A stretch of 64,000 nucleotides of DNA from a virus (lineage: Duplodnaviria > Heunggongvirae > Uroviricota > Caudoviricetes). Position 1 is the first letter of the stretch, and each line of letters starts with the position of its first letter. A program made the translations under genes and the position numbers. The notes under the pieces are model-generated. The model worked only from the letters and a program-made list of their open reading frames with translations. It searched no databases and had not been told where the DNA came from. Positions 31,620 through 41,991 of this stretch are shown piece after piece. The stretch is from positions 64,001 to 128,000 of the IMG/VR virus record IMGVR_UViG_3300030035_000081; one strand, given 5' to 3'.

Positions 31620-31916
31620 ATGAAAATGACAATCACAGGCCAAATTGATGGCAAATCCGTGCCAATAACTATTCCGATTGAAAAAGTTATCGAAGCTTTC
31701 TGGCCTTACGCCACCAAACCTTCTGCTCTCTCTGTTTCCACTGAGCTTGACGCAGACGGCATCAGTGCTAACTTCATGCTCGGCCAGGAAACGAAGGATT
31801 CTTATCCCGGTATCTGGCTCACCAGCAAAAACAGCAATACCGGTCGTGCAGGTTTCTGGTTCTGTTTGGAGCTGCCAAACAGTCGAAGCGCGTGCTTTGG
31901 GTGGATGGGTCGTTAA
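31620..31916 (+). pseudogene. Truncated family A paralog
   Basis: Aligns with 45017 up to ELPN, then diverges and stops. Confidence 0.7.
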
Positions 31917-32056
31917 CTCACGTTGAACCTCTAACCGACAACTATCTGAAACGCCAAGGCGCTGCCACCGAAAAGCAACTCGATGAGTACGACGCTTGAA
32001 CTGATACCATAAATTTCCCCACCTAACCAAAAATAACAAATAAGGAGAGTAAAACT

Positions 32057-33085
32057 ATGTATCTCGAAACTATTGATGAAAAAGCGTTCCGTTCTTTTCT
32101 TTCTAATCCTGCTATTTCCGTTCTGGACGGTAACGTTCTGGATAAGCACTACAACTCGAATTTCTACCGTTTTGTCCGCGTTCCCCTTTCCGATGGCGAG
32201 CATAGTGTCGAGGCATTATTTGGGCAAATGTGCAGTAACTATCCCACCAGCATGAGCAAAAACCATTTTTATGAACAGCATAACCTTGAGTTTATGGCTT
32301 ATGTTGTGGACCACGAAAAGACCTATGCTGAAAGCTATGAGTTCCTGCGATTGTTTGATGCCACCTCTGCTTACACTGGTCCCCATTCCGCAATGGGTGA
32401 GATGACGAAAACGCTGTGGGATTATCTGGAGCAGAAAACAATTCTCGACCCTGACTATCTGAACACGCCCGAATTGCAGAACGAGGCTTATGAAAACGCT
32501 GTCAAACAGTATGTCCTGCAAAAGAAAGACACCGCATTTGAAGAAAGCCTTCGTAAATTTCTTGAGCACATTGATGACACCGCGACCATCGAGTTCTTTG
32601 CTAATCCTACCGGATGGGCGGAAAGGGTAGTCAATGTCCTCGATAAGAATCTCACTTCTCGCGATGGCACACCTTTCAGCGAAAGCATCGGGAAAAAATT
32701 CGTTGCCGTCCAACGTCTTACCCAATCAAGGATGCTGGAGTTCCAGTCCAAGCCACATTGTTGGGAAAGTGAGTGCCGTAGTTTGTTTGCTGCGACTGCA
32801 AAAGCAAAAAACATTCGGCTCGTTATTGAAGCCAATGGAAAAGAAATGCAGGTGCAATATCCTGTTTCCAACCTGATTACTTTTGAAATGATTAAGAATA
32901 AGGTCATTTCTGCATGGGCTATTGCACCGCGCAAGCTCAGCGATGAGGTGAAAGAATTTCTTGCAGAGAACTGCGCTGGCTACAGTAAATACTGGTCTGA
33001 TATTCCCATGAAGACTGTCTCTCGCATTGAAAGTGGGCGCAAAGTTCTTTGGGAGAATCCTTACTTTGAGGGAAACAGAAAATAA
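32057..33085 (+). CDS. Hypothetical protein (paralog family B)
   Basis: RFVRVPL..GEH.VEAL and ANPTGWAER shared with 37941, 39426, 45774. Confidence 0.85.
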   Translation: MYLETIDEKAFRSFLSNPAISVLDGNVLDKHYNSNFYRFVRVPLSDGEHSVEALFGQMCSNYPTSMSKNHFYEQHNLEFMAYVVDHEKTYAESYEFLRLFDATSAYTGPHSAMGEMTKTLWDYLEQKTILDPDYLNTPELQNEAYENAVKQYVLQKKDTAFEESLRKFLEHIDDTATIEFFANPTGWAERVVNVLDKNLTSRDGTPFSESIGKKFVAVQRLTQSRMLEFQSKPHCWESECRSLFAATAKAKNIRLVIEANGKEMQVQYPVSNLITFEMIKNKVISAWAIAPRKLSDEVKEFLAENCAGYSKYWSDIPMKTVSRIESGRKVLWENPYFEGNRK

Positions 33086-33164
33086 TGATAGCCGTCAGAA
33101 CAAATTGTGCCGACACTTGATTTGCTTCACCAGAGTCCTGCAGAAATGCGGGGCTCTTTTTTTA

Positions 33165-33303
33165 TTGCCAAAATATGCGATTCGCCTAAAATGAAAGTTG
33201 TACGATAGATACCATCTACTTGGCGCGTTTTTTTTGCGTTCGTACAATTCATAATTCTGCAAGCAAAGAGCAGACTCACCGTCTTGGTGGGCCTGCCTTT
33301 TTT
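33165..33303 (+). promoter_or_regulatory. Promoter-leader-attenuator module copy
   Basis: All sub-motifs present. Confidence 0.92.
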
Positions 33304-33335
33304 GTTTGCGCAACTATAAAAAGGAGTGTAAAAAA

Positions 33336-34661
33336 ATGTTTATTGGCTACAAAGACGGTTCTATCATTTTCGGTGGAACCACCAACCAACCCCACGATAA
33401 CCTTGTCATAACGCTTGACGAGATGGAACAGCTGGCCGCATTCTACCAGCATGAGCAGGACAAAACGGCAGTCAAGAAATACCTCAAAACCGCTATTAAC
33501 ATTCTGGGCTCGGCGGAGATTTCTACAGAGCTCGCCAAGAAGTATCTGTACGACGCCGGGCTGCTCGACCAACTTGTCGAGGAATCGAATCACAGCCAGG
33601 AAAATTTCGGCGATAACTTCCTCACATCCATCGCAAAGGGCATCGAGGCGCTGGAAAAGAAGCTCGATGTCAAGAAATGGGAAGGCTTGCCGGAACCCGT
33701 TGCCAATCGGATGGCTCACGAGTTCATCGCAGAACGGAATCCTTGCCGTTGGACCGGTTCTGGTGATGCTCCTGACGATGTAGGTTTCGAACCCCTGAAC
33801 TTTCCGATTGACGACATCTATCCTAAAGGTGATAAGCCAGTGTTGCGTATGCAGCTTATCGGCACAACCTTCCCAAAACTCCATTACGTCTATGAGTGCA
33901 GCATCATTGAAAACGGCGTAGACCTCTGGGCTCGCCGGACGCAAGATACTATGACCGCTGGAAGCATCGAAAGCTTGGTGGACACTATCCTGTATGTGGC
34001 TCGCGCATATGAGCTGAGCAAGGGCTTTGAGCGAGTGTATGTTCAGCGCTCGACTCTTGACAAGGAGGAATATGACGGAATCATTGCCGGGTTTCGCTAT
34101 GGTGCAAACTTCGACAAAAACAGCTTCATTTCTGTCAGTGGCTTTTTCCCGGATGACATCGACATGACTATCACTTGGAAGTGTGATGATGACGGCAAAG
34201 TATACAATGAGGCTGTCCTTCACAAGAATTCCTCTGAAGAAGTCCTGGCTTATTCCGGCCGCATGTACAAATTCTGCAATCACTACGTCCTGCCGTACAA
34301 GGGTGCAGAATATCATGTGATTGTCAATGTCCTTCCTGAACCCCACGTTCTGGAAAAAACCGTTTACATCAGCGAGAAACGTGCCAGAACCATTGAAAAG
34401 TATCTTCGCGGCAAAGAGCTGCAGGGGATGGGCGCATCGTTGAGTGAGACGGCTACGTTTCCGGACGGTTTCAGCCTGGATATTCGCTGCTGTGGTACGG
34501 AGGACGATTCTTTCGCCGAAGCCATTCTCTACGACTGCGAGGGCGAAGAGGTGGCTCTTACCGAACCCTGTGACGCTTTCACTGGTTGCTGGGAACTGGA
34601 AGATGAAACCACTGGCACTACTTATCGTGCCCATGTCATGACAGAGTCTGACTACAACTAA
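33336..34661 (+). CDS. Hypothetical protein (family C), paralog of 48247..49566
   Basis: Extensive identity (ERNP.RW.G.G, PLNFPI.DIYPKG, YRAHVMT). Confidence 0.85.
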   Translation: MFIGYKDGSIIFGGTTNQPHDNLVITLDEMEQLAAFYQHEQDKTAVKKYLKTAINILGSAEISTELAKKYLYDAGLLDQLVEESNHSQENFGDNFLTSIAKGIEALEKKLDVKKWEGLPEPVANRMAHEFIAERNPCRWTGSGDAPDDVGFEPLNFPIDDIYPKGDKPVLRMQLIGTTFPKLHYVYECSIIENGVDLWARRTQDTMTAGSIESLVDTILYVARAYELSKGFERVYVQRSTLDKEEYDGIIAGFRYGANFDKNSFISVSGFFPDDIDMTITWKCDDDGKVYNEAVLHKNSSEEVLAYSGRMYKFCNHYVLPYKGAEYHVIVNVLPEPHVLEKTVYISEKRARTIEKYLRGKELQGMGASLSETATFPDGFSLDIRCCGTEDDSFAEAILYDCEGEEVALTEPCDAFTGCWELEDETTGTTYRAHVMTESDYN

Positions 34662-34719
34662 TCTTAATCACATTAAGCCGCCTGCCTTCGGGTAGGCGGC
34701 TTTTTCTTGTATATCTCGC

Positions 34720-34850
34720 TTGTAGGAACGTGCGAGCTGCATAAAATAGTATTTGTACGATAGATAACAGCCTATGCCTACTTGGTCGTACAATTTACAA
34801 TTCTGCAAATAAATGGCAGACTCACCGTCTTGGTGGGCCTGTCTTTTTTT
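34720..34850 (+). promoter_or_regulatory. Promoter-leader-attenuator module copy
   Basis: All sub-motifs present. Confidence 0.9.
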
Positions 34851-34878
34851 GTTTGCACATCTAAAAAGGAGGAAAATT

Positions 34879-35427
34879 ATGAGTCCTACAAATGATATGA
34901 AGGCACGTTTATTCGTCGATATGGATGGCACTCTCGCCGTCTGGAAGCAGGCGGCCTGCTTTGAGGACCTGCTTCAGCCGGGCTATTTCAGAGATTTGCC
35001 GCCCTATCAGACGGTTTTGGATGCTGTGAAGATTCTTTGTACCACGAAGCCGGAACTTGATGTGTATGCACTTTCCGCCTATATTCCGGAAAACCAATAT
35101 GCGGTTTCTGAAAAGAATGCCTGGCTTGACGCTTATCTTCCAGAAATTGATTCCGAACACCGCATCTTCGTTGCGTGCGGCAGCAGCAAGGCCAGAGCCG
35201 CAGCAAACCGCTTGAAGACACCGTGCATCGACAACTCTTTTGTGTTGCTTGACGACTACTCGGTGAATCTTCATGAGTGGAAAGCCAATCGCGGCAGCTG
35301 CATTAAGCTCCGCAACGGTATCAACGGCAACGGCGGAACCTGGAAAGGTGAATCTGTCACTCGATTCGATACCGCCGAAAACATCGCAGACCGTATTTGG
35401 AGTATCATCAAAAAACAAATGCAATGA
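34879..35427 (+). CDS. HAD-superfamily 5'(3')-deoxyribonucleotidase-like protein
   Basis: FVDMDGTL motif I, K..WL, LLDDY..NL..W. Confidence 0.85.
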   Translation: MSPTNDMKARLFVDMDGTLAVWKQAACFEDLLQPGYFRDLPPYQTVLDAVKILCTTKPELDVYALSAYIPENQYAVSEKNAWLDAYLPEIDSEHRIFVACGSSKARAAANRLKTPCIDNSFVLLDDYSVNLHEWKANRGSCIKLRNGINGNGGTWKGESVTRFDTAENIADRIWSIIKKQMQ

Positions 35428-35444
35428 GCTAAAGGAGAAATACT

Positions 35445-35660
35445 ATGTTTCCAAATATCAAAATTGTCGAAGCCATCCGCAAAGAATACCCCGCTGGAAC
35501 GCGGGTTCGGCTTGTCAAAATGGATGACATCCAGGCACCACCTCTTGGTACAGAAGGTACGGTTGTTGGTGTCGATGATACCGGCAGTCTCCTGATGCAC
35601 TGGGACAATGGTTCGCATTTGAACATTGTTTATGGTTCGGATGAGGTTGAGAAAGTCTGA
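35445..35660 (+). CDS. DUF4314-like protein
   Basis: YPAGTRVRLV.MDD..APP.GT.GTV..VDD.G.....WDNGS.L. Confidence 0.85.
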   Translation: MFPNIKIVEAIRKEYPAGTRVRLVKMDDIQAPPLGTEGTVVGVDDTGSLLMHWDNGSHLNIVYGSDEVEKV

Positions 35661-35669
35661 CAAGCAGAC

Positions 35670-35798
35670 TTGCTCAAACGTGCGATTCCACTAAAATTGA
35701 AATTGTACGATAGATAACAGCCCTATGGCCGAAATGCGTACAATTTACAATTCTGCAAGACAATCAGCAGACTCACTATCTCGGTGGGCCTGCTTTTT
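35670..35798 (+). promoter_or_regulatory. Promoter-leader-attenuator module copy
   Basis: All sub-motifs present. Confidence 0.9.
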
Positions 35799-35827
35799 GC
35801 TTTCAAACAATAAAAGGAGAAATAATT

Positions 35828-36673
35828 ATGTATTGCATTCAGTATGACGAAATCTGCAAAAAGCACAATTTTGAGCTGAAACACGATGCCCTTGGTGAAC
35901 GCGTAACCCTCGAGTACCCAGCCGATTCTGTCCCGAAAGATACCCTTCGTCTTTTTCAAAATCATCTTCCTGAGGGAGTATCGGCTATGGCTGAAAAGTA
36001 CAGCAGCGACCGTTTTGCCATGTTCATGTACAATGCTGCAGCGGCAGCAGGGAACACCATCAGTCTTACTGAGACCCTGGAGAAAAACAAAAAGGTTTCC
36101 GCAGCTCTCTCTGATTTGGCGGACGACCTGAAACAGGCAGAGCTGGAAGCCAAGACTTGGGTTTGCACCGACCCTGATACATGCCAGTGGCGACGTCAGG
36201 TTGGCGGAACCCGATACGAACTATACGACATTTTCGAAGCTCCAAATGGCACCTATTTTGTCGTACACGGTGAAGTAGACCCGACCGAGCTTGACCCGGA
36301 TGACTACGACCAGCTGCTGGAGGCATATTCCGGTTTGCTGGACTCTGCCAACTGTGAAAGCGAACGCTGGGCATTGATTGCTGAGGCGCAGTTTGAGACA
36401 GAAGAACTCTCGATGGAGCGCGAACGCTTTTCAACTTTTGAAGGAGCCGAAAGGGCAATTTGGAAAAAGGTTGGGGCTGACGTTTCAGATGAGAATTCTG
36501 CGACCGAAACCCGCCTTGATGCGATTCGGAAACTCGATAAGTTTCATCTTGCCGTCTTTCTGAACGATGTTCACAGCGGTGCAAAAGACTTTCCTTCCAA
36601 CAACATGAGCTGGTGTGACTGGCTCAATAAGCCTGATGATGGTCATTTGTTGGATGTGAAGACTGCTCGATGA
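35828..36673 (+). CDS. Hypothetical protein
   Basis: AAGGAG RBS, 281 aa. Confidence 0.8.
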   Translation: MYCIQYDEICKKHNFELKHDALGERVTLEYPADSVPKDTLRLFQNHLPEGVSAMAEKYSSDRFAMFMYNAAAAAGNTISLTETLEKNKKVSAALSDLADDLKQAELEAKTWVCTDPDTCQWRRQVGGTRYELYDIFEAPNGTYFVVHGEVDPTELDPDDYDQLLEAYSGLLDSANCESERWALIAEAQFETEELSMERERFSTFEGAERAIWKKVGADVSDENSATETRLDAIRKLDKFHLAVFLNDVHSGAKDFPSNNMSWCDWLNKPDDGHLLDVKTAR

Positions 36674-37158
36674 AACAAGTATGCGTTAGAGCTGATGATA
36701 GCCAAACCATCACTGCTATATATGAATTTCTGCACGACTTGGATAATGAGTATAGCAATTTTAGTAAATGGTACTATAGTACAGTCGTTCCCGAATTGGC
36801 AAGTGAAAATCGGATAATTTATACTGTTCTGGACGATGGGAAAATAGTTGCCGTTCTAATACTAAAAGATTCTGATGAAAAGAAGATTTGTACATTAAGA
36901 GTAGCTGAACATTACCGATGCCAAGGGATTGCTACAAAATTGCTAAAAATCGCACATCAGGCATTACAATGTACAAATCCACTCATTACCGTTTCATCAA
37001 TTCATATCAACGAATTTGAATTTCTGCTAAAGAAAAACGGCTTTACCCTTTATAAAAAATACGAAAACTACTACAAGCAAGGAATTGTAGAATATGCTTT
37101 TAACGGCTTATTGCCTGAAAAGCAAAACGATTGCCGCTTGTCGCAAAATGTGGTATAA
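36670..37158 (+). CDS. GNAT-family acetyltransferase
   Basis: KICTLRV...YRCQGIATKLL acetyl-CoA motif; AT-rich. Confidence 0.8.
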   Translation: MKQVCVRADDSQTITAIYEFLHDLDNEYSNFSKWYYSTVVPELASENRIIYTVLDDGKIVAVLILKDSDEKKICTLRVAEHYRCQGIATKLLKIAHQALQCTNPLITVSSIHINEFEFLLKKNGFTLYKKYENYYKQGIVEYAFNGLLPEKQNDCRLSQNVV

Positions 37159-37176
37159 TAGTAAAGAGGTGATACC

Positions 37177-37734
37177 ATGAAAATTTACACTCTGATTGGC
37201 GGCGTGAATGGCGCAGGAAAATCCAGCTTAACCGGTTCTTTGCGTTCTGAGCGTAACGATTTCGGCATTGTGGTTGACCCCGACAAACTAACCATTCAGT
37301 GTGGCGGTGACGAATACGAAGGCGGCAAACTCGCTGTTGAGCGTATCGAGCGTGCCTTAATGGACGGTGTGAATTTCACACAAGAGACGACGCTTTCCGG
37401 TGGATATCCCAAGCGGCTTTGCAAACGTGCAAAAGAAGCTGGATATTATATTCGTCTGTACTATGTCGGTCTTGATACCGCCGAAGAAAGTATTCGACGA
37501 ATTCGAAACCGTGTAGAGCGTGGGGGGCATGATATTCCCACTAAGGATGTCAACGCCCGTTTTTCTCACCGTTTTGAGGATGTCCTCAAAATTTTGCCAT
37601 ACTGCGATGAAGCTAAGTTTTTCGATAATGACAATGGATTTGTACTTGTTGCAGAATATCGCAACGGGCAGCTTCTTCCTATTGGAACATATCGACCAAC
37701 TTGGCTCAGTCAACTTCTGAATCAAGCCCAATAA
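37177..37734 (+). CDS. Zeta-toxin/AAA_33-like P-loop kinase
   Basis: GGVNGAGKS, ETTLSG, R...RV.RGGHDIP, FDN. Confidence 0.85.
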   Translation: MKIYTLIGGVNGAGKSSLTGSLRSERNDFGIVVDPDKLTIQCGGDEYEGGKLAVERIERALMDGVNFTQETTLSGGYPKRLCKRAKEAGYYIRLYYVGLDTAEESIRRIRNRVERGGHDIPTKDVNARFSHRFEDVLKILPYCDEAKFFDNDNGFVLVAEYRNGQLLPIGTYRPTWLSQLLNQAQ

Positions 37735-37774
37735 CATTTTTGCCGTTCATCTTCGGATGAGCGGCATTTTTTGC

Positions 37775-37910
37775 TTGCCATACTTTGCGAATGGCATAGA
37801 ATAGTTATTGTACGATAGATACCAACTTGTGCAGCACTTTCGCTGCCGTACAATTCACAACCTGCAAGCATCGAGCAGACTTGTCCTTTATGGATGAGTC
37901 TGCTTTTTTT
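37775..37910 (+). promoter_or_regulatory. Promoter-leader-attenuator module copy
   Basis: All sub-motifs; preceded by terminator 37741..37772. Confidence 0.9.
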
Positions 37911-37940
37911 GTTTTGCAAACCGAGAAAGGAAAATGTCAT

Positions 37941-38957
37941 ATGACTATCAGCAAGATTACCAAAAAGAATTTCAGTATCTTTCTCAAAACCGAAGTTCAG
38001 ATTATTGATGGCGACATCATTTCTGACTCTGGAAAGAACAAAGGGCATTATTATTTTGTGAAAATACCCATCAGTGAAAAGGTATGCGCTTTGTACGGGC
38101 AGAAGTTCCGGCGCAACGAACTGCTAAATTACCGGAAGGAGCTCATTTACTTCGGCCTTGTTTCTAAGGAGGGTGACGTAGCCTTCTATTCGTGTAATTA
38201 CGCCAACCTGTTCCTGGATTGTTATTCCGGGAGTGCAGACAAGGAAACTTATCTGAAAATGGCTGAGTTGTTGTACGAAAAGCTGTGCGAAATGAACCCT
38301 GAAACGGAAGTGGAAACGCACAACCCTTACTATATTGCCATCGCGCAAAAGATTGCTTTCCAGCGGGCTGTCTGCGGGAATAGCAACTATAAGAACGCTC
38401 TGATGTATCTGGCGGAAGTTGCTCAGGCACCTCTGCCGCGAGCATATGATAATCAACCTAGCTTCGACCTTTTCATTCATTATCTGGAATCTCCTGAAGA
38501 CTGGGCAGATTATGCTATCGATACGATTGACAAGTTCTATGTCGATGGCAAATATCCAGCATTCAGCGCAAGCGTAGGCCGAGATGCCGTAAGTGTTGAA
38601 CGCATGGCACGGCGGTACATTGCCAAATACAATGAACCTGGAAGCAAAGAGAACGCTTACAAGAAAATGTTCTCTGCTTTTGGTGACGCGCTAACCGTGC
38701 GTTTGAAACTCGAAATTGACGGCGACATGAAGAAGGTTCTGTATCCGGCAGCTGAAATAGCCTGTCCGCAGACAGTTGAGAAAGATTCCGTGCCTACGGA
38801 ATATATTTATCCTCTGCGTATGCGGAAAGAAGTAGAGAAATTCCTTGCAAAACATGGTTTGTCGAATGACAGGATTCCCATTGGTTGTGTCAAGGCAATC
38901 TATTATGGGAACCAGACATTCTGGAAAATTTCTGAGCCTAGAGCAGATACACAGTGA
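37941..38957 (+). CDS. Hypothetical protein (family B, divergent)
   Basis: F..FL....IDGDI...YYFVKIP...ALYGQ; YL.SP.DWA; IP...V..I.YG...W. Confidence 0.8.
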   Translation: MTISKITKKNFSIFLKTEVQIIDGDIISDSGKNKGHYYFVKIPISEKVCALYGQKFRRNELLNYRKELIYFGLVSKEGDVAFYSCNYANLFLDCYSGSADKETYLKMAELLYEKLCEMNPETEVETHNPYYIAIAQKIAFQRAVCGNSNYKNALMYLAEVAQAPLPRAYDNQPSFDLFIHYLESPEDWADYAIDTIDKFYVDGKYPAFSASVGRDAVSVERMARRYIAKYNEPGSKENAYKKMFSAFGDALTVRLKLEIDGDMKKVLYPAAEIACPQTVEKDSVPTEYIYPLRMRKEVEKFLAKHGLSNDRIPIGCVKAIYYGNQTFWKISEPRADTQ

Positions 38958-39080
38958 AGCTGTACCATTTGACCCTTTGCACCGTGCATGAGCCAACAGC
39001 GATAATCCCACAAACGTCAAATTTATAAAGAAGATTCTCTGAAAGAATCCAAAACCCAAAAATCAAGAGAGGAGTCCATC

Positions 39081-39398
39081 ATGCTTCTTGTACTATATCC
39101 TATAATGATAGTCTTTTCGGTAATTCTTGTTTTGCGTGAAAAATTTTCGGCAAAGGAAACAGTCAAGCTTATCATCGAACTTGTAACAATAACCACGAGC
39201 CTTTTCATAGGTGCGCATCTGATGTACAGCATGAATCTAATCACAGCATTCGTCGGATTTTATATCCTTGTAATGACTGACGCAGCTTCGATAATTTCCT
39301 GCGACAACCCATCGAAAAAGAAAATGCTAAAACAGATTGTAATCACCGCCATAATTTTCGCCATACTTCTTGTGCTTGCGTATTTTATGGTAAACTAA
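39081..39398 (+). CDS. Membrane protein
   Basis: Hydrophobic, AT-rich, GAGGAG RBS. Confidence 0.7.
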   Translation: MLLVLYPIMIVFSVILVLREKFSAKETVKLIIELVTITTSLFIGAHLMYSMNLITAFVGFYILVMTDAASIISCDNPSKKKMLKQIVITAIIFAILLVLAYFMVN

Positions 39399-39425
39399 TT
39401 TTGTAATTTTGGGAGGAAAAATATC

Positions 39426-40448
39426 ATGGCAAACAATATCAACCGTGAGGGGTTCAAAACGTTCCTCGAATTCGGCGCTCCTTCATTTGAAGGCAATATC
39501 ATTCTTGATTCCGGTGAGCTGTCCGAGTACTACTACCGTTTTATGCGCATTCCGCTCGCCTATGGTGAGCACAAGGTAGATGTTCTGTACGGGCAGCGGT
39601 TTTATGGAACCTGGGAAAATAAACCCGTAACATTCAACCAGGAGATACGCTTCCTTTGCCTCGTTGTCGACAATGCCAAAACCGTCAATGAAACACAGGA
39701 CTTCAAAACGATTTTCTGCCGTTCTTCTTTTACCTCGGATTCTGTCATAGAGGAAATGGCACAGAAGCTGTTCGATATGTTCCGAGAGAATGTGACGGAA
39801 GAAGACAAGAAGAAAATTCTCAAGGGCAGTTATTACGACAAGATAGCACGACAGAACGCTTTCTGTCGCATAATAAAGGGGTATAAGAATTATCGCAGCC
39901 CTATTGACAGCATTGTCGATGAGATTGGAAAAGGGTCTTGCTTTGGCCTGACATCCACAAATGCCGATGAACTGGTAGTGGATTATCTTGCTAATCCCAC
40001 CGGCTGGGCTGAACGGACGATGAAGAGAATCATGAAAGCGAACCTTAAGTATTCCGGGCTCCAGTTCTGGATTACATTGGCCGTGACGGAGGAGTTGACG
40101 GAAGAGTACGTGAAAAAGTACAGCAATCCCGATACTCCTGAAGGGAAATTCAAATCCTTAACAGACAGCATCAAGAACTATAAGAACGTCCACCTTGGCT
40201 TGGACGTCAACGGAGAAATCGACTCTGTCAAGTACCCCGTCGACAGAATTTTCAATCTGGATGCCATGTATGATGGATATCTCGATACATGGAACATTGC
40301 TCCGCGTAGTGAAGAGGAACGCATTGAGGAATTTTTAGAGGAAAACGATGCCGCTCTCGAAAACCAGCATAAGATTCCGTTCAAGTATATTTCGGATATC
40401 CATTACGGAAAGAAAGTGGTCTGGAGGAATCCGAATTTCGAAAACTAA
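39426..40448 (+). CDS. Hypothetical protein (family B)
   Basis: RFMRIPL.YGEH.V, DYLANPTGWAER. Confidence 0.85.
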   Translation: MANNINREGFKTFLEFGAPSFEGNIILDSGELSEYYYRFMRIPLAYGEHKVDVLYGQRFYGTWENKPVTFNQEIRFLCLVVDNAKTVNETQDFKTIFCRSSFTSDSVIEEMAQKLFDMFRENVTEEDKKKILKGSYYDKIARQNAFCRIIKGYKNYRSPIDSIVDEIGKGSCFGLTSTNADELVVDYLANPTGWAERTMKRIMKANLKYSGLQFWITLAVTEELTEEYVKKYSNPDTPEGKFKSLTDSIKNYKNVHLGLDVNGEIDSVKYPVDRIFNLDAMYDGYLDTWNIAPRSEEERIEEFLEENDAALENQHKIPFKYISDIHYGKKVVWRNPNFEN

Positions 40449-40672
40449 CAACTAACAAAGCCGCCCACGACACATTTCAGTGGGCGGCTTTGTTAGATAG
40501 GAAAAACCCGATGTCCGAGGCAAACAAAAAAAAGGAATAAGGTAGCCGACAGGCTATCTTGCTAATTTTACTGAATCACGCAGAACGAACCCGCAATTGA
40601 TACTTGGTCGTACGGACAGAACCGTGCTATAAAAATCCATTGAGTGAGAATTATTGGAATTCTGCGGGATTT

Positions 40673-40703
40673 CACGCCCCCTCCTTCAGGTGGGGTAGTT
40701 GAC
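40673..40703 (-). mobile_element. Orphan IS200/IS605 (IscB-type) end
   Basis: Reverse complement gtcaactaccccacctgaaggagggggcgtg has the GTCAA..ACCC-hairpin-GGGC.TG form of the IscB ends here. Confidence 0.6.
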
Positions 40704-40746
40704 GGGGGAAAGCATATCAAACAAAAACAAAAAAGGAGACCACAAA

Positions 40747-41334
40747 ATGTTTATCGTGATTAAGAGCGAACACTATGATTGCACGAACCTTATCTGCAAG
40801 AAGGACACACTGGAAGAGGCGGTCACCGCAGTAAAGGACAGCATGGCACAGCGCATAAACAAGAACTATCATGCAGGTCTTACCGGTGCCGATATCACGC
40901 ACGAGAATGAGGAGCGCTACAGATTCTCTTTCGATTTCGATGAAAACTGCCATGCTGACAACAGCGAGCCCAGAGTACATGCTACCTATGACTTCTGGAA
41001 AGGAGACGACGAAGAAAGCGTCGAATGGGCTGTTTTTGAGGTCACGACTGACAAGCCTTTCTTCCTTCTCTCTTATGAGGAATACGAAAGCATCGAGCTC
41101 ACAGGTTTCTACGACACCTTCGACGAGGCATTCGGGAAAATGAAAGAGTTGATTGCGGAAAGCGTCAACGATGTCTTTGACGAAGATGCCACGGCTGATG
41201 ATGTCGAGAACATGGAAGACTACAACGTCTTCGTACACTCCAACAAAAACAGCCAAGACAACGGTGCTCCGCTCGCTTTTGCAAGCTTCTGCGACGATTA
41301 TCCCAACCGTGAATGGACTGTTTTCCACATCTGA
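40747..41334 (+). CDS. Hypothetical acidic protein with internal repeat
   Basis: Two similar halves (DT.EEA...K...A...N ... EW.VF). Confidence 0.8.
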   Translation: MFIVIKSEHYDCTNLICKKDTLEEAVTAVKDSMAQRINKNYHAGLTGADITHENEERYRFSFDFDENCHADNSEPRVHATYDFWKGDDEESVEWAVFEVTTDKPFFLLSYEEYESIELTGFYDTFDEAFGKMKELIAESVNDVFDEDATADDVENMEDYNVFVHSNKNSQDNGAPLAFASFCDDYPNREWTVFHI

Positions 41335-41407
41335 TATCAGACCCACTCTCAAGCAATTCGTTTAACATTTTTTTGCCGCTCGTCTTCGAATGAGCAGCAT
41401 TTTTTAC

Positions 41408-41544
41408 TTGCCAAAATGTGCGAAACAAGTAGAATGAGTATTGTACGATAGATACCATTCCAAATCAAAAAGGCTTTCTGCCTTTCGTACAATTCACAAT
41501 TCTGCTTGAAGGCGGACTTCCCGATTTTGGGAGGTCCGCTTTTT
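41408..41544 (+). promoter_or_regulatory. Promoter-leader-attenuator module copy
   Basis: All sub-motifs present. Confidence 0.92.
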
Positions 41545-41578
41545 CATGTCAGAAAATGTCAGAAAGGAAGATTTTTCA

Positions 41579-41878
41579 ATGGAAAAAACAGCAATGTGCG
41601 AAGCCTATTTTTATTTCGCCTGCACCACGGGCGAAAGCTACGATTTTACCGTCCGCAAAGAATACCCCTCTGACAACGAGGACAGGCTGCTAAATCGGCT
41701 CCGGGATTACGCCGAGGCAGAGTTCAACAAGGAATGTAAGCGACTGTTCGGCAGTAAGACAGTGTCTTTCTCTGGCTACTCGGATTACGCCTGTAACCGG
41801 GAATGGCTGGATGCGGAAGAATTCACCGCCACCTACAACGGAGAAAAAGTCGTAGTCGAAGAATGCATTCCGTTCTGA
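41579..41878 (+). CDS. Hypothetical protein
   Basis: AAAGGA RBS. Confidence 0.75.
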   Translation: MEKTAMCEAYFYFACTTGESYDFTVRKEYPSDNEDRLLNRLRDYAEAEFNKECKRLFGSKTVSFSGYSDYACNREWLDAEEFTATYNGEKVVVEECIPF

Positions 41879-41900
41879 AAACAAACCAAGGAAAAATTGT

Positions 41901-41966
41901 TATTTCGACCCGGAGGAAGATAAGCGCAATGGCGAGGCGAATTCTCTGACGGGATACTACTATGTC
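41901..41966 (+). pseudogene. Relic of the 3' end of a 44277-type gene
   Basis: Near-identical to 44910..44976 (YFDP.ED.RNGE..SLTGYYYV). Confidence 0.75.
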
Positions 41967-41991
41967 AAAATCAAAAACGGAGGAAAACCAA

